Below the pieces are notes generated by a model. It did not search any database and was not told the origin of the DNA. It saw only the letters and a list, made by a program, of their open reading frames with translations. Shown here one piece after another: positions 54,153-64,000 of a DNA stretch of 64,000 nucleotides. Made by a program: the position numbers and the translations under genes. How positions within the stretch are numbered: position 1 is the first letter of the stretch; each line of letters starts with the position of its first letter. The DNA comes from Ptychomitrium polyphyllum (taxonomy: Eukaryota). The stretch spans positions 15,190,001 to 15,254,000 of the forward strand of contig OZ316775.1 in assembly GCA_973851085.1 (NCBI GenBank), read 5' to 3'.

Positions 54153-56204
54153 TTGCGCTTCCCGCTTGCGTGCTGTCGATGAAGCTCGAAGCTCGCCATA
54201 GCCGAAGCTGAACCCAAATCCTTCCTTCTGCTAGGTCTCATGGATGGATGGCGCCAACGTGTTGGGTGCTTCATCCACAAGTGAAAAGTGTGACCGTCGG
54301 ATATCTCCTTCGTCGTGCATCTTCGAAGTGTCGGAGCGCATCTTCTTCTTAAAGTAAGAACCACGTTCGTCTCGTCGCAGGAATGCGCTTCGGCGTGGGA
54401 CCAGCTGACGTCAATGTCATGACCGACTCTTCAAGTTCCACCATTCGGCATCCGCCAATCTCACCATCTGGGATTCTCATCAACAGGAGAAATTTTGGAT
54501 GGTGTGCGGCTTGTATGATATCGAGAAGGCCAACAAGAAGTGCAAGGGTCACTTCGTCCTAACGTTTTGTGAGGGTGATCGGGCATGCAGCGGAGGAGCT
54601 CCGTGTCCGAGACGATGGAGGAACTTCCTTGAGGAAGTTGCGTAAAAATGATGTAGGTAACAGCACTGGTTACTTCCTTTATCTCTCCAGACCATTGATT
54701 AAACATGTGTGTGTCATTTCAAGCATTGTTTGCCTTGGACGGAGACACTGTCAGAGTATTAGTTTCTGGAGAACCGATGGAAAGTGCTGTTGGAGTTCTG
54801 AGTAGTAAAGGATCGGTTAATGGGAGTTAGTGTTAGTGAAAGTGAGTTGGATTTACTCGTGCTTTCTTGAAATACAGAGCAGAGTGGCGATTCTTCTAGC
54901 TCCGCATGTGACCATGTGCTGTCCCTGATGATGGTTGGTGTCGGTAAGATGCAGTTTGTTTGTTTTTCTGGTCAAACGGTACATATGATGGTAGCAGCTT
55001 CGTTGTCGTGACAAGTTTGGTTTCTCGCAGTAGCAATTTTCTTGCGTGGCGTTGAGAGCACACTATATTGATCGCAATTACTTTTCAGGAATTGTGAACT
55101 TTTCTTCGCGTTTCCTCGTACACACGTGTGTCTGCGTTCACGTTTGTTCTTCCTGAAGCCTTAAACCGCTCTTTTTCACAGTTAACTTCGACGAGGCTCC
55201 ATTTTATCGGTAGTTGTATCTGTGTCGGAAGTTCATGATATGTGGATTCTGCAATGTGCTGTCGAGTTGCCTGAATTTGTTTCTGATATCTGTGGGCTTT
55301 GCATTGCAGTGGAGAGAGTTCAACTCCTACAGGTAGTGGAGTGTGATTTTGGTGTAGCTTTATCACTTTATTTGCCAAATGTTCATGCTGCCCTGGCTAT
55401 ATAGCTTCTCCTGGCCGCGATCCATTATACATCCTCGTTCTTCACGTGCTCGTTGTCAAATTAATGTTCTAGTAGAAGGACGTTAGCAGTTCCATTGATG
55501 CTCTGTGTGGGGTGAAGCAGACTTGGCAGAGAAATCTGGAGCTGAAAGGGCTAGAGGGAGAAGTCTAGCTGGATATTTCTCTGTTCAAAGAATTTAGGTA
55601 TCTAGAGAGAGAGATTTATGGTGCTGCGACCAACATTACAGTAGTTTTCGCTGTTGTGTTTTGCTACGAAGAGTACTAGCCATCTCTCAGGTTTGATGCG
55701 AAGTCTGTCGGTTTCCTTCATTTCGCTACTTTTAGTATTAATAAAGCTCCTACACACGGTCAATTTCTTAAGGCTACAACAAGTTTGGGTTTTTTATGAC
55801 AAAACCTCCATGCATACTGTGAAGATTACACTGACGTTATGGACCGTTATTAACTTTGTCATTTCATGTGCAACCAAGGTACTTATTTATTCAGGAACTG
55901 AAATTGCAGTGAGAAACGCAAGGAGTAGCGACTAATGAACAAATGTACTTTGTGGCCCTCTGAAGGGGTGATGTTACACATGTGATACTACAGAAAGGGG
56001 CATGGGTGCAACCAATGCTGGACCATGAGCGCACATATTACGTCACTATTACCCAGATAGTTCAGGCTATTCCCTAATCAACGTATATCAGTTTGATGTA
56101 GATGCTTTGATGGTGGAATCCAATATTCATCATCCTATAGTTGTTTTAGGTCGTCTCTGTAGCACGGTGAACTCAACCAAACCAACATACCTGGATCAAA
56201 GTCT

Positions 56205-56543
56205 ATGCTCAAGGCTTGCAGACTGCCTCAAATCTACGGAACAGATGTAACAGAAGAGCAGCAGAAGAGAGATTTCGTAGTACAGAAGTATCCGGACATG
56301 TTTCGAGAGCTTTACAAAATCGCGGATCCAGCGCACATACTAGTAGAAACATGCCGCAGCGAGAAATGGTTGCGCATATTGTTTTTGCAAGCTTGCACTA
56401 GCCACAAGGAAGAAGCACTTGCCGTTATTGACGACCTTGAATGGTGCATTGCGGAAATCTGGAGAATCTCCTGCTTGCCCAGACAACCATCTCAAACTCT
56501 TCTCAAATTCAGAAAGCATCTGAAGACCTTACCTTTACTTTAG
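56205..56543 (+). pseudogene. Possible truncated gene fragment with a helical domain reminiscent of N-termini of bryophyte kinase-type proteins
   Basis: FRELYKIADPAHILVETCRSEKWLRILFLQ..EEALAVIDDLEWC reads as amphipathic helices and resembles from memory an ELY..LV..C...WL...Q...DL.WC pattern. It ends abruptly at AT-rich DNA and no kinase domain follows. Confidence 0.35.
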
Positions 56544-58758
56544 CACTCCATTTCGCTTCGTTTCATTTCATTTTAGTTTTTGATTTAAACCACTGAACAC
56601 AAGCGGAAAAACTTGTTCTAAGTTATGAATTATAAATTTTCTTTAATAAAAACACCAATCTTTTACAATGAACCAAAATATTAGAACCAAATTTTCCATT
56701 CTAATAAATTGAAAAATAATGAAAAAAAATGAAAAAAACAATTGTTGTTTTTATTTCTTTTTCTTCTTTCTCAAACTTATCTTAAATAGTGTTTTCTATA
56801 TAGAAGATTTATTTCTTTAATGTCCAACTTGATCCACAAGTTTTTAGCTTGTATTTTATATTAACAAATCTTAACATAATTTAGAATCTACCATCAATCA
56901 TAATAAGACAACACATCCTTGTAATTATCTATGGAATTGACTAACTCCAACATACATTTCATTCATTTGATTACATAGTTTTAACTACCAACCAATATAC
57001 ACCACAAGAACACATGGCATTTACACATGGGAAAATTGGAGGGAAGGTTTATAAAGGTTCCTTTCTTGTATTTTTGTATGCCAAACTCTTTTTTCAAGAT
57101 AATTCATTGTCTTAGTATGTATCATGTATTTTGCTTGGATCTAAAAGAAGGTAGAATTTGATCCATTGTTGTCAGGAAAAGAGAGATTTATTGATTTTTT
57201 TTCACACATTTATTTTTTAATAAGTCTTCAAAGATGAACTTGGAAAAATGTTCCTCCTATATAAGTCTTGAAGTTTTGGAGTATGTGGATTGTGTAGAGG
57301 ATGTTGATCGTGTGCATGAAATCTCAAAAAAATGAATTACCTATTTCACAAATTATATTCCACTGAGTAGTTTTAAAGGTCACAAAAAGAAAGACAATAA
57401 GAGAACAAAAGTCCATAAGAAAAATATCAAATATCCACTACATAATTACATGGTATTTATGAGATACATTAATAATATTATATTTGGTTACTTAAAATCT
57501 TGACGCAAAAATTTGCAATTACAGTGATTTTGGGATTATGTACTTACAAGTTGATATTGAATGCAAACTTGAATATAAGTTCAATGGACTTAAATAATAT
57601 AATGACATATTTACTAATTACTACTTTGTTAGCACTTAGATGGCTCAATAAGTTACCACCAACCCAACTAAGAATATTCACATCCAAAAGTGTTTTTATA
57701 AGAAGCAAAAAGGAAGAGATGGGAATTGTAAAATGGATAAGCAGGAGTTGTTGGAGGTTCATAAAGTAACATTGTATTTGTCTCGGAGAGGACAATGACA
57801 AGGTCCAAAAATTACAGATAGCTGGCATGAAACGAATTTTAATGCACATTGAGTTTGAAAGGGATTTCAATGTTGGATTTTTAAAGAAGAATATGCAAAA
57901 ATGTGTGTAAAATAATTAGGATTTATTGGCCAAGAATGTTACATTCATAATTAAGATGATTTCATATAGAAATAACAAGAACAGAAGTTGATATTTCTAT
58001 TGGCAGCAATTGAGTCTTTGCTTTTACACAAGAGTTATGAAGACTTAAGCAATCCGATAAATTTTTCGCTTTCCTGTTACTTATCTGTCATTTAAAAATC
58101 CATCCCTTCGCTGTCCCATCCAATAAAGTCTTTTAAAAGAAGTGAATCCAAAATCTCCCGTTCAAAATCAGTGTTCTCGTCTTCAACGGGCAGAGTCCGG
58201 TCATTTTCATAGCTACCTCACATTGCTCCTGTTGAAGACGAAATTCATACAAGTTCAACATGTATACTCCTTGCAGACGGTTCACTTACCCATAGTAGAA
58301 GCTTAACCAACTGCAGACCAGAGTCCTACCTGGGATACAACCAACCGTAACATAAGACAGCACATCTATGCACTCTGTATCAACAAACAACTGCAAACTG
58401 ATTCCCTCAAACTTAAGATGAGCAGCTAGTGCATGAATAAGTGTACAAAGTCATCCTTGAACTTCGGAGACCAAATCAATGTCCGAGGTGAGCAGCACAA
58501 CCCACGACATGCTTTGAGCGAGGACTAGCGCTGTTACCTCTTATCTAATCTTATCTACTTTACACAGTGCACATGTCATCAGATTGTAGACTACACCACA
58601 ATGTCCACACAAGTCCACATTCACAAGCTCGAACATGGATTCCTACTTTACAATAATCGCTGGTACTTCTCACGAGTAGCAGGTTGAAAGCCTTAACGTT
58701 GAAGCTGCGAGTGTGAGGGAGTGGACATGATCAACATGACGTTTTTGCAGGTGCTCGA

Positions 58759-61600
58759 TCAAACAGTCAAAATCCTTGGAAATGTTGGCTTCTGAGCTCC
58801 CAAAACGGGGCCACTCGAGTCCGGGAAGAACTCGTGACCGGGAATGCTGGCGATGCTGCCGTCCTCTCCAATAGTGTAAGGGTAGCGCAGCAAATGCCCC
58901 TGCATGTCAACAATGGGCTCCGGCCGCGAGTACTCCTCCCAGTACCGGCTCGCAAGCTCATTCACCCTCTTCATGCACTCTCGCGTCCATGGCCGGTCAA
59001 ACACTTCCTCCTGGTAGCCTAAGTGCTCGAACCAGGTGGACACCCTGAAGCCATGTACTGATCCTCGTGGAACGCCGTCGCCTGAGTGTGCCATGGTGTG
59101 GTGCGGCTGGAACGCTCCCATGGCCATCTCTGTGTCGCGGCCGCCGTCCATCGATCGCTGGTTGATGTTTGCCGAGCCGATTATCAGGTACTCATCGTCC
59201 ACTGCCATATTCACATAAAACCCAACATTCAGTCTTCATTGTAGGATCAAAGTTGTTGTAGGATCGAAGTTGACAGCCCAATTCACACAAAAAGGAACAT
59301 TCAGCCTTAGTTGCAACTAGATGTAGAATTGAAGTTGAGTCAAATTCACATTCAAAAACCAACATTCACTGTTCATTGCCGCTTGTTATAGGGTTGATAT
59401 TGACGAAGCTCCCGGTTATTTGTTGTACACTTACCAACCATCATCTTCGCATGGCAGTAGATCATGAACCTTCGATTCTCTTGCGACTTGTGGTAGTCTG
59501 TATCCGGAGTCGGCCTCTGCGGCGGGACGTACTCGTTAGGTTTCACGGTCTCCCGGTTGCCGAGGCAATAGAAGCTGAGGTAGTCTGTCATGTCCTCGTG
59601 AACTCGGTTCATGTCAATCAAAGCACTGTGAATGATCCGATACATCATCTCCAAGGTTTTCCGATGAAAAAGCATGATATCCTGCCCGGACAAGCTCGTC
59701 GGAGCGCCGTCGGGCCACAGCGGATTCACAATGTAGACGCTGAAATCCTCACCGGCACGAATCTTGCTGGCGACTTTTAGGGCGATCTCCAGAGGGATTA
59801 ACTGCGCTGCCGACTCGTCGCGATAGTCCGGTTCCCACATGTGAGAGCTCCCGAGGAAATACTGATTCTCAATGTACAGAAAGTGCTTCGCTCTTCGAAT
59901 GGCTTCGAGGTACGCATCTTGAATGCTTCTCTCGGTGACATTTCCGGCTGCCTGGCGAACCAGCCCTGCTTTAAAGATTTCGATCTGGTTCTGCGGTAGG
60001 TCTACACCCGAGGTTTCGTCAAGGGAGCGAAACAGCTGCACGTTCCATGATTCTGGGTCATCCTCTGTTGTGGCGGGTGTGGGCGGGCAGAAGACCTCCC
60101 TGTTGGCTATGGACACCAGGAGATGCTCCTTCATCTTCCCGGTCTGCTTCAGCCACCGCTGGCGGAAATTCTCATGGACGTCCCACGCGATCTCGCCTTC
60201 GAGTTTGGAGTAGCAATCGTGCCAGGGCTCCCGAGGGCCGCCGTGTACCAATGCGGCCCCGACAATGCTCCCCTGGTGAAAGTCGTTTTTGAAGAGAGTA
60301 TCGAGGTACTGGAACAGAGGATGTGAAGGAAAGCAGTAGCGCCCGTCGCAGAGGTCTATTCCGCCTTGGAAAGCTAGTACTCTTCGTGGAGCTGGATGGG
60401 AGGATGCCGACGCGGGTGCGTCCATACACACCACCTTCTGGTGATGCGTAAAGATGAAGCCCGCGACCAGCTTGAATTCCTTCGCTTCAGGATTCCGTGG
60501 ACATAGGAAGCAATGGACCTTCGTGTTGCGGAAGAACGCAAATGTGTTCTCGTCGTAGGAGTGCATGATGCCGGTGAGGAGGTGAGTATTGTCGGTTTTG
60601 TCGTCCCACACGAGCATTAGCACCGTGACGCCCTCGTTGGCTTTGCGGACTAGGAGCTCCCCGAGCGTCTCCCCTAAGTTGCCAGGCAGGGGCTTACCCT
60701 CCTTGTCGCGCACCAGGGCGATGGTAGCGTTCACCGACCAACCAGCGACATAGATGAAGTGCTTGGCGTCGTTCATGGCGTGGTAGACGGCTTCCCATCC
60801 CTTCTCAGGCATGTAGTATTGGCCATTATCAAGCATAATCTTAGGGTTGAATGTCTCATCGATGTGGGAGTTCTGGTAAGGGACGACTTTGCAGCCCTTC
60901 CGCATCGGAAAGAGCGCGTGGGAGACACCCTCGAAAGCGCCGCCAGCCACACCCGCGTTCCAGTGCCTGTCCTTTATGGCTTGCGTAAACTGCAGCACGA
61001 TGCGAAACTTTGCAATCCCCTCGTGGTCGCCTGCGAGCTCGTACCACCCGTCAATCTTCTCCCCATCGAGGACGTGCTCCGTGACGGGGATCTTTGCTCG
61101 TCCCAGGAAGACAACACCGGAGTACACGAACACGTCGATGGAAGTCACCGAGTGCCCGCAGAAGATTCGGAACGACTCTTCGAACTTCATCACCTTCTTC
61201 CTCTTGATTGACCGCGTGCGCGCCACTTCCACAAGGGAGAGCTCGACTGTGGCTATCACGCCGCCTAACAGGTCGTCTGCCTTCTGCAAACACCCAAGCG
61301 GCCATAGCCATTGCTGGTATTAGCCTCTAATTATAAGAGAAGGTGAACGGAGACGAAACGGACGTCAGGTGGCGAGAATGAATGTACCCGGAACAACGAA
61401 GGCAGTCCGGATGTGTCGACCTCGTCGAGAGTGATTTCGAGGATTCCGTGAAGCAGCCTCGGCGCTGGAGCTTCCGCTGGCGGTATTCCTGGTGAACCAG
61501 GGAGGCGCTTGTGCTGCTGCTTGACAGGGATGCAGCCACAACACTTGCTCATTGATTTGCCATATTTGCCACCCATCGACTTGCCATGGCCGTTACCCAT
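58759..61600 (-). CDS. PLD: Phospholipase D, C2-type (PLDalpha-like); exons 61600-61388, 61283-59435, 59201-58759
   Basis: Two HKD motifs (THHQKVVCMD and, across intron 2, HAKMMVVDDEY..GSANINQRSMDGGRDTE), plus IYVAGWS, VLMLVWDD, GPREPWHD, YIENQYFLGSS and an N-terminal C2-like region. Confidence 0.95.
59209..59378. repeat. Degenerate ~70-bp tandem repeat (about 2.5 units) inside PLD intron 2
   Basis: attcaca..aacattca motifs near 59209, 59281 and 59344, plus an internal ttgtaggatc(a/g)aagttg doublet. Confidence 0.65.
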
Positions 61601-63497
61601 TGCTACTCACCCAATGTTCAGCTCCGATGCGTGGCAGCTTGACTATAGAACCTGCAACGGTCCATGATCCAGATCAATGATTGGCCAGATATCCTCCAAA
61701 CTCCTCTTGAACCCACTAACCTGGGTGTTCTTCTTCTCAACAGGCATCCAATTCTAGCTCGAGACATAAGCGGTGTTTCATTTCAACTAGACTTTTCGCA
61801 TAGGTACTACACAATTTAAAGAACTGCATTTACGTCTCTAAACGAACCCGGCAAAGATGAAGTCCTTACTAAAGACCTCCAGAAACTGCAAAACGAGAGC
61901 TTCGCTGAAAGCCAGCTTTGCTCAAATCCATTGCGCTTGAAACAGCCACAACAAAACTCACTCCTCTGTCCTCATCCACTGCCGACACCAAGTGTGAAAT
62001 TTTTAACTGGGCGAAAGACCGGGACGAGATGTGCCTACCATACTCAGGCAACCAAAAATCAGGGCTGAAGTACGCACCTGATTCGTAAGCTCCTCAGTAA
62101 TGTGGCCAAACGCGCCTAACTACACAAAGTGCAACTGCAAACCCATTCTAAAAAATCAACAACACAACTAGAACTCTAATCTGTAACACAATCCAAGCCC
62201 TCCACCATTATCCCGACTATTCTAATCCCCAACCAGGTGATCACTTTCTCTAGAAAAGGACTTCGCCATGTACATATATCGATAACCCATTACCAGCCGC
62301 AGCAAGAGACAAAAGAACAGTCAGCTAAAAGAAATGCAGGCGCCTACAATGGCTCCAAGTGTCAGGCGGCCAGAAGCTTACGCGACCTGCAGTCCCTTTA
62401 GGTCGCCATAATGCTCTCCTCCAAAGGAGCTCCGAACTGGCATATTCCGTAGGGCTCCCAGACAATATCCTTCAACGCGACCCAACAATGCGACTGAGGA
62501 AACAAGGAACTTCAAACTGGGAACGACGTGGACTTCACTATTTACACTCCTAAAAAAATTTGCCAAAGAGTTCACTAAATTACTCCAACACGCAGATTCT
62601 GTAATGCATTGTCCACCTGTCAAGGTGCCTCCCGAAGACAAACCGCCTCTTGTCTACATCACGACATTTCCACAAAAAAAATATGCAGGTCCAAAATCTA
62701 CAAGAAGCCCCTAAGACATCCATAGCCGAGAAGACCATCATATTCAATCAAAAACGCGATTCATAACCAGAGAACAAACCGCCAAAAACCATAGAACCCA
62801 AATAATACCCATACCATCCCGTCACAGCAAAGTTGAAACGATGTTCCACACATAAGGACCCCATCCAAAACATAAAACAAAATCATAAAGAAATAATTCG
62901 AAAATAGTATAACAATCTCAACTTGCAAGGCTCAGCACTCGAAAAAATGTCACACAAGTTCCCAAAATGCTCCAACCAAACCCTCCAAACCAGAGAAGTA
63001 ACGACTGGTCAATCAAACATTCCACAATCCATCTCACGACCCAGACAACGTGAAACGCACCATGGCAAACATCTCACGGCACCTGGAGCACACTGCGAAT
63101 GTGGAGAAAAAATCGAAAGCTTTGATGATTAAACAAGAGATTTTGTTACATGAGATGATCCGCAGGAGCTAAGCTCGCACTCCACGCTGGCATGTGCGCT
63201 ACAGGTTAAGCTTCCGGCCAGAAGAATGTACAGAAACGTGCGAGCTCACGAATGGCAGGGTTCGTTCTCCGCTTTGGTCCAACTCCGTCTCGTTCGGAAT
63301 GAGCAACACGGCCCCGAGCCCACCTCTACAGCGTCCTACAACTCTATCCTAAATCTGTAGGGCTCGGGCTTCTGTTCGGGGGAGACCCACGCCGGCCTCG
63401 TCACCACACACCTCCGCGTGTGGTCTAAAAATCATGCTGCACACTCAATTTGAGAGTGAGATGAAAAATAAACAAACAGACGAGCCTCCGACCAGCC

Positions 63498-64000
63498 CTA
63501 TGACGAAGGTCCTGCCGTCGGCTCCGCCGATGGGGGAGCACCCTCCTCCGCTGCAGCTCGCGGGACCGTGCTGTTGGAGGACGCGCCGCCGCTTGCACCT
63601 GGAATGGCACCCCTTGGAGGGGAGGATGCCAGGCTGCCGCTCGGCGATGCATGCTCTCCCTGCGCCTGCCGCCGCTGTACACCCACACAATGCCCCCATG
63701 TCAGCCTCCATGCACTGTGCACGGGTCCTCCCGGTGCGACCTCCTCACACTCGAACACCGCATCTGCACGGCCCCTACCACCGCTCCCCGCCCTTCCTCA
63801 CCCAACCGCGTCTGCTCGTACCTGCCCGGCGCTCGCCGTCGCACCCGCCGTGCCTGCACAGCCTCCTTCGTGAGGCCCGCCTCCCGTCCCGCCCTGTGGG
63901 ACGCCCACCCCGCCTGAGCTCGTCGGGCTTGCGCTCGCTGCAGGCGCCGCGGGGGGCCTCGCCTGGTAGCTTGCCATGTTGCCTGCCCCTGAAGGGACGG
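63498..64000 (-). CDS. Possible last exon(s) of an unidentified GC-rich gene entering from beyond the window
   Basis: Very GC-rich. An open frame ..LTKEAVQARR could splice (CGG|GT..CAG|CGG) to RRQAQGEH..TAGPSS* ending at 63498. No domain recognised. Confidence 0.3.

Noticed and set aside
59376..61323. Plus-strand ORFs overlapping PLD
   Set aside because: Antisense shadows of a GC-rich coding exon.
63445..63711. GRTFVIGLVGGSS as a uridine-kinase P-loop start
   Set aside because: No GKT/S follows and no downstream exon was found; probably a chance match in an alternative frame.

Overview
Eukaryotic, intron-rich plant DNA, most likely a moss. This is inferred from compact GT-AG genes, very AT-rich spacers and plastid-targeted ArgJ and CRR7; the species cannot be fixed from sequence alone. 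Left to right: an orphan secreted Cys-containing ORF (-), two tandem SINA-like E3 ligase pseudogenes (+), gamma-glutamyl hydrolase (-), ArgJ (-), an SKIP22/FBXO7-like F-box protein (-), an ARID4-like ARID+PHD protein (-), exocyst EXO84 (+), a cation/Ca2+ exchanger CCX (-), a Tic32-like SDR (-), CRR7 (-), a possible truncated gene fragment (+) and a C2-type phospholipase D (-). The standout is 48957-49518: four tandem stem-loops on the + strand. Each carries a related 5'-U 21-mer, and four of the five positions that vary between copies fall on third codon positions of the antisense peptide V-A-D-F-E-C-S, which resembles a kinase DFG-loop variant. This looks like a polycistronic miRNA cluster aimed at a protein-kinase family, analogous to miR482/2118 versus NLRs. 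Exon boundaries and hairpins were read by eye; no folding program or database search was run.
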